Positions 18,856 through 27,840 of a stretch of DNA of 64,000 nt are shown piece by piece. The translations under genes and the position numbers were made by a program. The stretch is from positions 32,001 through 96,000 of the forward strand of contig JAGVWE010000002.1 in the NCBI GenBank assembly GCA_018304425.1. The letters run 5' to 3'. Each line of letters starts with the position of its first letter. Positions within the stretch are counted from its first letter, which is position 1. Source of the DNA: Candidatus Iainarchaeum sp. (GTDB lineage Archaea; Iainarchaeota; Iainarchaeia; Iainarchaeales; UBA10219). The notes beneath the pieces are model-generated. The model did not search any database and was not told the origin of the DNA. It saw only the letters and a program-made list of their open reading frames with translations.

Positions 18856-19857
18856 TCAGGCCGCGCGGGGGATGAACCAGAATGCGAACATGGCCAGCCA
18901 GAGGACGGTTGACATTGCGAGCAGGACGACCCCGAGGGCGCTGCCTGGCAAGCGCTTCCAGTCCTTTGCCCTGAGTTGGCTGGCCACGATCCAGCCACTG
19001 GCCAGGATGTCCAGCAGGGGAAACAGGAGGGGGCCAATGACGACGAAGGGCGCGAAGAGGGCGACGAGGGCCTCGGTCTTGAGGAACAGGAAAACCGTCC
19101 AGGGCAGGAAGGGCAGTGCGACCAGGAACAAGACTGCTTTGCTTTTGATGGTCACGGCTTCCCTGCTTTTCAGGAGGCCGAACTTGTACAAGCCGTAGAA
19201 GGCCGCGGAAGCGAGGGCGATGCCGGCCAGGTAAAATACGATGAGGCCCAAGGGGAAGTCGAGGACTGGTTCTGGGGCGGATGGGGTGAGCGGCTGTGCT
19301 GGGGCCGGGGTGCCGGAGTTGTCGACCGGGGTGTCGGAATATTCGGCGCCGGAATACCAGGTGGTGCGCTTGGCTGGAGGCGGGGCGCCGAAGTCGCGTT
19401 CCGTGAGGGCCACGAGGCAGCAGGTCGCTGGCTGGCTTGCGCAGTCGCAGTCGGCTGCCCACGCGCCTGCAACGTCCAAGAGTTTGGTTCCTTGGTCGCA
19501 GACGACTGAAAGGTTTTCGTCGCGGAACCCGGTTCCAACGAAGCGAATGATTTGGCCTGGCGGGTCTTCGACGAAGTCCTTGTCGTCCTCGAAGTCGCCC
19601 AGTGAAATGCAGGCCTTTGCCTCTCCTTGGATGCCCTGCGCCCTTTCGATGTTGTCAAGGTCGAGGGGAATCCATTCCCCGAAGGAGGTCTGAAGGGTGG
19701 CGAACGTGCCCGGGTAGTCCAGCATGTTTCGGACCAGGATTTTGGCCGCGCTCTGGGGGTCAGGCGGACTAATGGTGGCGAACGCGGCCGGCACCACGAG
19801 CAGGGACAGGAACAGGAAAGCGAGAACGGGGACGGGAAAGCCCTTGGCCGGCTGCAT
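18856..19857 (-). CDS. Hypothetical secreted/membrane protein (signal peptide, Cys-containing extracellular domain, Pro linker, 4 C-terminal TMs)
   Basis: Hydrophobic N-terminus ending AFA, a Pro-rich linker and a TM cluster. Confidence 0.75.
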   Translation of the reverse strand: MQPAKGFPVPVLAFLFLSLLVVPAAFATISPPDPQSAAKILVRNMLDYPGTFATLQTSFGEWIPLDLDNIERAQGIQGEAKACISLGDFEDDKDFVEDPPGQIIRFVGTGFRDENLSVVCDQGTKLLDVAGAWAADCDCASQPATCCLVALTERDFGAPPPAKRTTWYSGAEYSDTPVDNSGTPAPAQPLTPSAPEPVLDFPLGLIVFYLAGIALASAAFYGLYKFGLLKSREAVTIKSKAVLFLVALPFLPWTVFLFLKTEALVALFAPFVVIGPLLFPLLDILASGWIVASQLRAKDWKRLPGSALGVVLLAMSTVLWLAMFAFWFIPRAA

Positions 19858-19940
19858 GGGCCAAATTAGGGGTTAACTAATATTTAAGGCTGCGGGAGCA
19901 TTATTGCGGTTTTTAAAAAGAACTGCCTCTAGTGGGTTGC

Positions 19941-20561
19941 ATGGCGACCTTGGACCTGGTGCAGTCCCTGGCTTTGGCGAAGAAATACGGCGTGGCGCTC
20001 GCGCCCCACGTGCTCGTGAAGGAGGAAAGCGAAGCAGGCAAGGCCTGCCGGAAAATCGGGTTCCCCTTGGTGCTCAAGCTGGTTTCCTCGGAGGTTTCCC
20101 ACAAGACGGAAGTCAAGGGCGTGGTGTTGAATGTGGGGGACGAGGCAGCGGCGTTGAAGGAATTCCGGCGGATGAAAAAGCTGCCGGGCTTCAAAGGAGT
20201 GGTCGTGCAGCCCATGGTGAGGGGCCTTGAATTGATTGTGGGCGGGAAACGGGATGAACAGTTCGGCCCGACCGTGTTGTTTGGCTTGGGCGGGATTTTC
20301 GTGGAGGTGTTCAAGGACTTGAGCCTGCGGATTTGTCCCTTGACGCGGGCGGATGCCGAGGAAATGCTGGACGAAGTCAAGGCGGCCAAGCTGTTGAAGG
20401 GCTTCCGGGGCGCAAAACCCGTGAACCGGAAGCAGCTCGTTGACCTCATCCTGCACGCCGGCAGGCTCATGGAAAAAGAAGGCGTCCAGGAACTCGACTT
20501 GAACCCCGTCATCGCGAACGAGAAGAACGTGTGGGCGGTGGACGCGCGCGTAATTAAATGA
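19941..20561 (+). CDS. Acetate--CoA ligase (ADP-forming) beta-subunit-like ATP-grasp protein
   Basis: GFPLVLK..S..HKTE, ELIVGG.RD.QFGP..LFGLGGIFVEVFKD and ELDLNP motifs. Confidence 0.9.
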   Translation: MATLDLVQSLALAKKYGVALAPHVLVKEESEAGKACRKIGFPLVLKLVSSEVSHKTEVKGVVLNVGDEAAALKEFRRMKKLPGFKGVVVQPMVRGLELIVGGKRDEQFGPTVLFGLGGIFVEVFKDLSLRICPLTRADAEEMLDEVKAAKLLKGFRGAKPVNRKQLVDLILHAGRLMEKEGVQELDLNPVIANEKNVWAVDARVIK

Positions 20562-20579
20562 CGACCGGCCGGGTAACCG

Positions 20580-21455
20580 TCATTCGGCGGGCTCGGCGGG
20601 TTCTTCGGGTCTTGAAAGGCGCGCCATTTTTTCTTTGAGTGCTTTGGCCAGGTCCTTGTTTTGGTAAATGGTTACATCGAAATCGTAGGGGGCCTGGTAC
20701 TGGTTTTGGGCGTAGACGCGGAGCAGGTCTTGGAGGCTGGAAACCTGGCTGTAGAGGTGTTCCATGGCTTTCATGGTTTCGGGGCTTTTCCGGATTTCGA
20801 TGATGGAATTTCCTTGGACGATGAAGTCGTTTTCGAGGCCGTGGTCCACGCCGATGGAGACCGTTCGGCTGCCGGCCAGGCGGTAGAAGTGTGCGATGAG
20901 GGAGTCAAAGGAACTGGTTTTGCGGATGACGGCGCTGGCTTCGCCGACGCTGGCGACCATGTTTTTGAGCAGGGCGAAATCACGGAAAGCGAATTCCAGG
21001 GGCCAGAAAGCGTGGTCAAAGAAGCCGATGACGGCGGGTTTTTCTTTTCCTGCCAGGGTTTTGCGGCGCAGCAGGTCGACGAGGGAAGTGCACAGATGGC
21101 TGTAGTTGGTGAACTTGAAGTTGAGTGTCCCGGTGAAGCCCGGCACGATTTTGAGGGTGGAGCCGTTGCCGGAATAGGTTTGCTCGAGTTTGGAGCCGAA
21201 TTGCTTGACGTGCTGGATCCAGTGGCGGTTGAGGCGGTAGTCGTGACCCAGTCGTTCGAGGACGTGCTCGGTTTCGAGTTGGTTGAGGGTCTTGTGCACG
21301 GCCTGGTAGCTCACGTGGAAGAGTTTCCGGGAACGGATTTCAAAGTAGAGGCCTTTGGCGGTGAGCGGCCAGTTTTCGGCGAGGATGTTGATGATGGCTT
21401 CCTTGGTGGAAGATTCCCTTTCCCTGAGCAAACTGATGGCCCCATCCACAATCAT
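20580..21455 (-). CDS. Hypothetical protein with N-terminal winged-helix domain
   Basis: IINIL..NWPLTAK.L...VSYQAVHKTL..L pattern of a wHTH. Confidence 0.7.
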   Translation of the reverse strand: MIVDGAISLLRERESSTKEAIINILAENWPLTAKGLYFEIRSRKLFHVSYQAVHKTLNQLETEHVLERLGHDYRLNRHWIQHVKQFGSKLEQTYSGNGSTLKIVPGFTGTLNFKFTNYSHLCTSLVDLLRRKTLAGKEKPAVIGFFDHAFWPLEFAFRDFALLKNMVASVGEASAVIRKTSSFDSLIAHFYRLAGSRTVSIGVDHGLENDFIVQGNSIIEIRKSPETMKAMEHLYSQVSSLQDLLRVYAQNQYQAPYDFDVTIYQNKDLAKALKEKMARLSRPEEPAEPAE

Positions 21456-21646
21456 GCTTTGACCTCGAAAGTCTCGCACATTGGGCTGGTTTATCACGAA
21501 CCCTTATCAGGGTCAGAATTCGGCAGGCGAAAACGGGTTGGCGCTGGCAAGAGCCAAAAACGCGCGTCTATATTGGGGGGGCCACGATTAATATACTTAC
21601 CTCCCACGATTTATGGATTAAGTTAAATAATAGCAAAAATAACTGG

Positions 21647-21664
21647 AAAAAACGATGGTTTTTT
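21647..21664. promoter_or_regulatory. Inverted repeat AAAAAAC-gatg-GTTTTTT overlapping the TATA box of the Lrp gene
   Basis: 7-4-7 palindrome in an AT-rich divergent promoter region. Confidence 0.4.
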
Positions 21665-21691
21665 AAGATAAATGTAGATATTATCCATCTT

Positions 21692-22156
21692 ATGTCTAAA
21701 CCCTTGGATGAGGTGGACAAGCTAATCCTCAACCAATTGCTGACGGAAGCCAAAATACCCAATTACAAGGATTTGGGCAAAAAAATGGGCCTTGCGCCCC
21801 AAACCATTCACAACCGCCTCCAAAAACTACAGAAAACCGGTTATATTTTGGGCTTTATCCCACTTCTCGACTTAAAGAAACTAGGCTATGCCCTCACGGC
21901 CCTGGTCCAGGTATCGGCTGCAAAAGGCGACGTCGACACCCTGGCCCGAAAATACTCCAACCACAAGAACGTGGTGGGCATCTACGACATCCTCGGCCAA
22001 TACGACATGCTGCTCATCACCAAATTCCGTTCCCTGGAAGACCTCGACTTTTTCATCAAGGAATTCCAGGGCAAAAACCCCCAGGTGCGCAGCACCCACA
22101 CCATCAGCGTGCTCAACGTGCAAAAGGACACGGTTACCCCGTGCCCCCTCGAATGA
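21692..22156 (+). CDS. Lrp/AsnC family transcriptional regulator
   Basis: LDEVDK.IL..L, TIHNR..KL...G.I.G, LGY and GQYD motifs. Confidence 0.92.
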   Translation: MSKPLDEVDKLILNQLLTEAKIPNYKDLGKKMGLAPQTIHNRLQKLQKTGYILGFIPLLDLKKLGYALTALVQVSAAKGDVDTLARKYSNHKNVVGIYDILGQYDMLLITKFRSLEDLDFFIKEFQGKNPQVRSTHTISVLNVQKDTVTPCPLE

Positions 22157-22173
22157 AATGGAGCAGCCAAGGA

Positions 22174-22193
22174 AATCAACCAATTGGTTGATT
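22174..22193. promoter_or_regulatory. Perfect 20-bp palindrome AATCAACCAATTGGTTGATT, candidate TF operator
   Basis: Lies ~18 bp upstream of the TATA-like ATATTAAT (22211-22218). Confidence 0.55.
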
Positions 22194-22247
22194 GTCGTTA
22201 AACCGCAACCATATTAATGGCTTGAACAGAAGGCTATGGGCAATAAG

Positions 22248-22325
22248 GTCCAGCTGGAAGCTGGACTGGTGAGCCAGCCCGGCGTGCCCTTCCCGCTTCG
22301 CGCGGGGAGGCGCACGCTGTAAAAC
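22248..22325 (+). repeat. Divergent member of the hairpin-GAGCCAG-hairpin-TGTAAAA family in a 5' leader
   Basis: Hairpin GTCCAGC/GCTGGAC, then GAGCCAGCCCGG (identical to 4948-4959), then a long hairpin with G-U pairs on the + strand, then TGTAAAA. Confidence 0.5.
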
Positions 22326-22355
22326 TAGTTCTCCCAATACCTGGAAGGTGAGTGT

Positions 22356-22679
22356 ATGCGAATAGAGGCCAAACTATGGGAGCACACGCTTTACAAACTC
22401 GTGCTTGCGGGAACCCTTCACCTGAACGAGGCGAGGATCCTGAAATGCCTCTGGGAACACGGCAAACTGGATTTGTGGCAGGCCAGCCAGTTCACGGGCC
22501 TGGAAGCCATCGAAACCGCGGAAGCCTGCAGGGGCCTGCACGAAAAAGGAGTCATCCGCGTGACCCCGGAAGGCTATGAAGTCGAAGCAATGGAAGCCGT
22601 GCTGGACCGGCTCATCGAGCAAACTAGTCCGGACAAGCGCGGCATCCTGCAAATAGAGGTGCAGGCCACAGCGAATTAA
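22356..22679 (+). CDS. Small winged-helix (TrmB-like) hypothetical protein
   Basis: L..NEARIL..L..HG and L.EKGVI pattern. SD-like GAAGGTGA. Confidence 0.7.
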   Translation: MRIEAKLWEHTLYKLVLAGTLHLNEARILKCLWEHGKLDLWQASQFTGLEAIETAEACRGLHEKGVIRVTPEGYEVEAMEAVLDRLIEQTSPDKRGILQIEVQATAN

Positions 22680-22700
22680 GTGCCTGAAAAGCAGCGGCGC

Positions 22701-22737
22701 AAAAAAAAGAAAAAAAGGCGGCGGCCAACGGCCGCCC
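22701..22737 (-). terminator. Hairpin + long oligo-T terminator
   Basis: GGCGGCC-GTT-GGCCGCC followed by a T-rich tract on the minus strand, right after the stop at 22738. Confidence 0.6.
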
Positions 22738-23010
22738 CTACTTGAACGTGTCCGCGTTGATGCCCGTGTCGTCGAACTCCGCTGAGTCAAGATCCGCCAG
22801 CAAGGCGTCCACTTCCTTCAGCGAATCATCCACTGCCTGGACGTCGGCCTCCATGGCCTCTACCACAGGAGCCTCGGGTGGGGTGACGGCGGACGGCATT
22901 TCCGCTGACGGGGTTTGCACGACGGGTTGCGCTGGCGGAGCCGCTTTCTGGGCGGTGCAGCCAAGCAACAACAACAGGGAAAGAACCGCGACCACAGAAA
23001 AGGCCTTCAT
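22738..23010 (-). CDS. Small lipoprotein
   Basis: Lipobox-like LLLGC and an acidic helical C-terminus. Confidence 0.8.
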   Translation of the reverse strand: MKAFSVVAVLSLLLLLGCTAQKAAPPAQPVVQTPSAEMPSAVTPPEAPVVEAMEADVQAVDDSLKEVDALLADLDSAEFDDTGINADTFK

Positions 23011-24287
23011 GCGGATTCCTCCCCAGCCGCTTCAGCTTCCACCTGGGCGTCAGCATCTGCCTCAGCTTCCGCTTCGGCTTCAACCTCGGCTTCAACCTCG
23101 GCTTCAACCTCGGCTTCCTCCTCGACTTCAACCTCGTGTTCCGGGGTTTCGACTTCCACCTCGGACTCGGTTGAAGCGCTCAGGTCGGCCGAGACATCGA
23201 TGTCTGACTTCGCCTTGCCTGCCTGCAAGGCCTTTATCTCGCGGACGATGCTTTTCACAGCCTTAAAAGCGGCTTTCAGCTTATGCTGCGCGTCCTTGAG
23301 CAGCCGCTTGCCCTCCTGGAAAACCGCTTTCGCGTCCTCCTTGGACTCGGCGGCCTTCCACTTGGCCTCCAGCTGCACCTTCAACTCGGCAACGGCCTTG
23401 AATTCGGCGTCGAGCCGGACCAAAGCCGCTTCGAGCTTGGTCGTGTCCTTGCCGCTGGCTTTCAGCTTTTCAACCAGGACTCCAAGCCGCTCGTGGAACC
23501 CCTTCGCGTGCCGCAACACCGCTTCCAAGCGGTTGTTCAAGGCCCTGGCGAGGTGGAGTTGCCAGCGCTTCAAGGAAGCCTTGGCCGTTGAATCAACGGT
23601 TCCCGCGACCTCGACCAGCTGCGCCTCGGAAATCTCCCCGCCGGCGCTTAACGTGGCCTCGGCTTCCGCCATGGCCCCGGCTTCAGCCGCAGAACCGGCC
23701 TCGGCTTCCGCGCCTTCCTCAATGGCTGCCTGCCGCCGCTCCTTCCAGGCCCGGATTTTCGCGAGCAAGGCGGCCTTCGCCTCGGCCTTCACCCCGGCCT
23801 TCTCCTCGGCAGTCAGTTCCTTCCACTTGCCCCGCACTTCCCTGAGGCGCGCGGCAAGTCTGAGGTTCTTTTCCACGAACTCCTTTCGGCGTTCCTGGAA
23901 CTTTTCCACGCGCGCCTTCACTTTTTCGGCGCGTTCCAGCACGCGTTCCCGGACGTCCTCGGCCCGGTCACGCACGTCCTCGCGCTTGTCCAAGACGTCC
24001 TCGACCTTGTCGCGCACGCCGCCCTGCACGCGCGCGTCCAGGATGTCCTCCGCCTTGTCCCGGACGTCTTCACGCCGATCCCGGACATCTTCCCTTTTGT
24101 CCAGCCGGTTCTCCCGCTTGTCCAAGAGGTCTTCGCGGACGTCTGCCTTGATGCGGGCCTTCACGCTCACACCGGCCTTGGCCCTGACCCCAGCACCGGA
24201 GTCAGAAGACCCTTCCGCGAACACCAGGGGCAAAACGGATGCCAGCAAGAGCAGGGAAAAAAACACTGCTCCCATTTTTTGCTTCAT
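23007..24287 (-). CDS. Secreted coiled-coil protein with DKREDVR-type heptad repeats and acidic EVEA tail
   Basis: Signal peptide, SD GGAGG, and DKRENRL/DKREDVR/DRREDVR repeats. Confidence 0.85.
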   Translation of the reverse strand: MKQKMGAVFFSLLLLASVLPLVFAEGSSDSGAGVRAKAGVSVKARIKADVREDLLDKRENRLDKREDVRDRREDVRDKAEDILDARVQGGVRDKVEDVLDKREDVRDRAEDVRERVLERAEKVKARVEKFQERRKEFVEKNLRLAARLREVRGKWKELTAEEKAGVKAEAKAALLAKIRAWKERRQAAIEEGAEAEAGSAAEAGAMAEAEATLSAGGEISEAQLVEVAGTVDSTAKASLKRWQLHLARALNNRLEAVLRHAKGFHERLGVLVEKLKASGKDTTKLEAALVRLDAEFKAVAELKVQLEAKWKAAESKEDAKAVFQEGKRLLKDAQHKLKAAFKAVKSIVREIKALQAGKAKSDIDVSADLSASTESEVEVETPEHEVEVEEEAEVEAEVEAEVEAEAEAEADADAQVEAEAAGEESA

Positions 24288-24750
24288 GGCTTTACCTCCT
24301 CCCTTTGATTGAAGTACTTGAAAGACGAACCAAAAATACTTAAACGAATCCTCCCCGGCCCCGCCGGCCCCAATGACTCCGAAAGGACTTCCGGTGGTTG
24401 GAGACGTGGGCAACGACCTCCACTGGACGGTCGCTCACCCAAAGCCCGCCACACGCCTCCACGAATTCAAACGGGTTTTCTTTCACGGGATTCACTTCCA
24501 TTCCTTTTTTCCTGGACTCCATGATGCTGCCCATGCCTTAATAAAAGAGGAAACCGGCGGGGTTCAGGCAACGGTTTCCCTGCACGATTGTCGCCGAGGT
24601 AGTTTAAATGCATGCTTTCCAGGCCGGGACCCGGCCACGACATTTAATCCTTTACGAAACTTTATGCGGGCCTCTCACGCGAAAAAAAGCTTTACCCTGC
24701 CTTGGAGGCCCAAAAGAAGGGTTAAAAGCATTTGGCCGCAAGAGGAATGC

Positions 24751-25590
24751 ATGCGGGGAGCAATCAGCGCAGGCACCCTGGCCCTGGTGTTCCTGCTGGC
24801 GGCAGAGGCTTCCGCGGCCACCATCCACGGCAACGTCTTCGAATGGCATTCCCTGGAACCCCTCAACAACGTGGTCATCGACGTCAACTCCACGCCCCCC
24901 CAACGCGTGGTGTCAAGGGACGGCGCCTACTCCTTTGAGTTGCCGCCGGGAACCTATTCCCTTCGCGCCGAATTCTATGAAAACGGGGAACTCAAGTACG
25001 TCTCGGAAGACCGCCTGCGCATCCAAGGCGAGGGCCGGTTCATCTACGACCTCATCCTGTTGCCGCCCCTGGAAGGCCTGGACGGAACGCTGGACGCAAC
25101 CGAGCTCGAGCCCACCCTGGAAGCCAATGACTTCGCCGCACCCCAGCCGGCCACTACCTGGACGCCCGAAAAATTCAGGGAATTCCTTTTCTGGGCCGTG
25201 CTCGCCATCCTGGTGCTGTCCGCCTTCGTCGAACAAGCCGCGCTCCTCAAGTTCCTGGCCGAAGAAAAAGAGAAATTCTTGCGGTGGCAACGCCAACGCG
25301 CCGAGTTAATCGAACAAGAACACGCTAAACCCGTGGTCTCCCCAGCGGAACGGCAAGCCATTGCCTCCGAGGCTGGCCAGTCACCGGCTTTGGACGCCTA
25401 TGCCCGGGAAGTCCTGGACACCCTCCGAAGGTGCGGCAACCGCTTGACGCAAAAAGAGCTGCGCGACAAACTGCCCAGCGTGAGCGAAGCCAAGATTTCC
25501 CTGATCGTATCGGAACTCGAGTCCATGGGCAGGGTCAAGAAAATCAAGCAAGGCAGGGGCAACATCGTGGTGCTGCGCGAAGGCAACTAG
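24751..25590 (+). CDS. Membrane-anchored regulator: signal peptide + extracellular beta domain + TM + C-terminal wHTH (COG2512-like)
   Basis: TQKELR..L..SEAKISLI.SELE..G..KKIK.GRGN C-terminal HTH. Confidence 0.85.
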   Translation: MRGAISAGTLALVFLLAAEASAATIHGNVFEWHSLEPLNNVVIDVNSTPPQRVVSRDGAYSFELPPGTYSLRAEFYENGELKYVSEDRLRIQGEGRFIYDLILLPPLEGLDGTLDATELEPTLEANDFAAPQPATTWTPEKFREFLFWAVLAILVLSAFVEQAALLKFLAEEKEKFLRWQRQRAELIEQEHAKPVVSPAERQAIASEAGQSPALDAYAREVLDTLRRCGNRLTQKELRDKLPSVSEAKISLIVSELESMGRVKKIKQGRGNIVVLREGN

Positions 25591-25895
25591 GCCTTTGGCC
25601 GCCAAAGCTCGGGATCCGAGCGGATGAAATACAGCGTGGCTGCCGCAAACACCAGCACGGCCACGATGCTCAACGTGAACGACGAGAACAGCGGGTCCAA
25701 CAACCCCGGCTTTTCAAGGGATGCCGCGGCCTGGCCTGGTGGCAGTGATTGATTCGCGTCAGCGGGCGGCGAAACCGCGAGCGCATTGGAGTCCACCGCA
25801 ACCGGTGCGGGCACGGCTTCCTCCCCACCCTCCTCCTGCGAGAAAAAACCCGGCAGCCACAAGACAAAAAACACGAGCAACGCCAGCCAACGCAT
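25587..25895 (-). CDS. Small membrane protein
   Basis: Signal peptide, Pro/Ala linker and C-terminal TM. Confidence 0.6.
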   Translation of the reverse strand: MRWLALLVFFVLWLPGFFSQEEGGEEAVPAPVAVDSNALAVSPPADANQSLPPGQAAASLEKPGLLDPLFSSFTLSIVAVLVFAAATLYFIRSDPELWRPKA

Positions 25896-25941
25896 GCAAG
25901 GAAATAGGCACAACGGAATTAATAAGGGTTTTCCTGGCCCT

Positions 25942-27147
25942 TCAGAGCAGGTGCCCCATCTTGTCGCGCTTGGTGTTCAGGTAACGCGCGTTGAAGGGGT
26001 TGGGTTCGGCTTTGATGGGCACGCGGTCAACGATGGACAAGCCATAGCCTTCGAGGGCATGCAGTTTCTTGGGGTTGTTGGTCAGCAGGCGGATGGAGGT
26101 CAGGCCCAGCGCGGCCAGGACCTGTGCGCCCAAACCGTATTCCCGCACGTCCATGGCAAAGCCGAGCCTTTCATTGGCTTCCACGGTGTCCAGGCCCTGG
26201 TCCTGCAAGGCATAGGCTTCGAGCTTGTGCAGCAAGCCAATGCCTCTCCCCTCCTGGTGGCGGATGTACAAGAGCACGCCGCTGCCCTCCCGCTCGATGG
26301 CGCGGAGCGCACCGGCCAGTTGGGCGTTGCAGTCACAGCGCCGGCTGTGGAAGATGTCTCCCGTCACGCAGCCGGAGTGCACGCGCACCAGGACGCTGGG
26401 CTTGCCGGAGACCTCGCCCTTGACCAGGGCCAGGTATTCCTCGCCATAGATTTTGTCGCGGAATCCAATGGCCTTGAACTCGCCGAAGTCGGTGGGCAGC
26501 CGCGCCTCCGCCACTTTCTCGATGAGCGTGTCCGCCTTCATGCGGTAACGGATGAGGTCGGCAATGGAGACCAGTTTCAGGCCATGCACCCGGCAGAACT
26601 CCGCGAGGTCTGGGAGGCGCGCCATGCTGCCATCGTCTTTCATGACTTCGCAGATGACCGCGGAAGACGCGAGGCCCGCGAGCCGGCACAAGTCCAGCGA
26701 GGCCTCGGTGTGGCCCGCCCGCCGCAGCACGCCCCCGGGTTTCGCGATGAGGGGAAAGACGTGGCCGGGCTGCCGGAAATCGTTTTTCGTGGACTTGGAG
26801 TCGGCGAGGAGCTTGATGGTCTCACAGCGGTCAAAGGCCGAGATGCCGGTAGTGGTGTGGTGGCGGGCGTCCACGGAAACCGTGAAGGCGGTGCCAAAGG
26901 CGTCCTCCATGTCCGTCATGAGGTTCAAGCCGAGTTCCCTGGCGCGTTCTTCGGCGAGCGGCACGCAGATGAGGCCGCGGCCAAACGAGGCCATGAAGGC
27001 AATGGCTTCGGGCGTGCACTTTTCGGCGGCAATGACCAAGTCCCCCTCGTTCTCCCGTTTTTCGTCGTCCACGAGGACAATCAATTGGCCCTGCTGGAGG
27101 GCTTCCAAGGCCTCCGGGATGGGCGCAAAACCCCTGAAATCAGGCAT
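25942..27147 (-). CDS. ribBA: Bifunctional DHBP synthase / GTP cyclohydrolase II
   Basis: DDEKRENEGD, TTGISA.DR, GHTEAS, RVHSGC.TGD, CDC, QEGRGIGL and LLTNNP motifs. Confidence 0.97.
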   Translation of the reverse strand: MPDFRGFAPIPEALEALQQGQLIVLVDDEKRENEGDLVIAAEKCTPEAIAFMASFGRGLICVPLAEERARELGLNLMTDMEDAFGTAFTVSVDARHHTTTGISAFDRCETIKLLADSKSTKNDFRQPGHVFPLIAKPGGVLRRAGHTEASLDLCRLAGLASSAVICEVMKDDGSMARLPDLAEFCRVHGLKLVSIADLIRYRMKADTLIEKVAEARLPTDFGEFKAIGFRDKIYGEEYLALVKGEVSGKPSVLVRVHSGCVTGDIFHSRRCDCNAQLAGALRAIEREGSGVLLYIRHQEGRGIGLLHKLEAYALQDQGLDTVEANERLGFAMDVREYGLGAQVLAALGLTSIRLLTNNPKKLHALEGYGLSIVDRVPIKAEPNPFNARYLNTKRDKMGHLL

Positions 27148-27206
27148 ACCAAAGGAATAAGCCAGGGGATTACTTAAAAAGGTTATGATTAACGAAAACG
27201 AGTAAG

Positions 27207-27321
27207 GGCTTTTTACAACCATCCCCTGTTGGGGGTGACGTCGTCCTGCGAAGCAGGACAACGAAACCCTGCGAAAACGTCCCGTGCCACGCACGGGACT
27301 GGCTCGGCCTTTCGGCCTCGC
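27207..27321 (-). repeat. Dispersed hairpin repeat, copy B, with extra hairpins, upstream of ribBA
   Basis: Core 27270-27321 matches copies A and C with compensatory stem changes. An extra hairpin has a G-U pair only on the minus strand, followed by TGTAAAA. Confidence 0.85.
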
Positions 27322-27373
27322 TTTGGGTTGGCGAGGGCCGGTCTTAAAAGCTTGTCCAGGAATTGTGTAGTTC

Positions 27374-27781
27374 ATGCGTTATCCGGTGTACCCTTTCACG
27401 CGGCCCGAGAGCGTGCCGGCGGACGCGGACAGCATCCACCTGGTGCGGCCCGTGCACCACGCCGTGCTTGCCCGCATCGTGGAAAAAACCGGGTTGAAGG
27501 AAATCTACTTGGCGGAGTCCTGTGCCCGGCGGTTGAGCCGCAAGACGCGCAGGTTCCTGGAGGAACGGGGCGTGCAACTGGTGGCCAAGAAAAAACGCGG
27601 CCGCGTCCTCTCGCTGTCCCTCGAAAAAATCAGGCAAATCATCGGCCTCCACCAGGACGACAAGACCCTCCGCGAAATCCAGGCCCAGACAGGGGTGCCG
27701 AAGAGCACGGTCCACTACCTCATCAAGTACGCGGACCGCAGCAAGATCCGCTTCCAGGGCAAGACCGTGCACCTGGAATAA
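27374..27781 (+). CDS. DUF1699-like protein with C-terminal HTH
   Basis: IHLVRP and KRGR motifs plus TLREI...TGVPKSTVHYL HTH. Confidence 0.7.
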   Translation: MRYPVYPFTRPESVPADADSIHLVRPVHHAVLARIVEKTGLKEIYLAESCARRLSRKTRRFLEERGVQLVAKKKRGRVLSLSLEKIRQIIGLHQDDKTLREIQAQTGVPKSTVHYLIKYADRSKIRFQGKTVHLE

Positions 27782-27840
27782 GCCTCGTCGTTCGGAGTGG
27801 CCGACGAGGGGGCGTTAACTTAATTAAGCTGGACAGCGCA

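Noticed and set aside
23050-23135. 12-bp tandem repeat GGCTTCAACCTC
   Set aside because: It simply encodes the EVEA low-complexity tail of the secreted protein.
24340-24534. 64-aa minus-strand ORF in the long intergenic region
   Set aside because: Could be a small gene or remnant, but there is no motif or clear start context to support a call.
27150-27350. FMN riboswitch upstream of ribBA
   Set aside because: The conserved AGGGCGGGG/GAAAUUCCC/AGUCYGGAUG blocks are absent.
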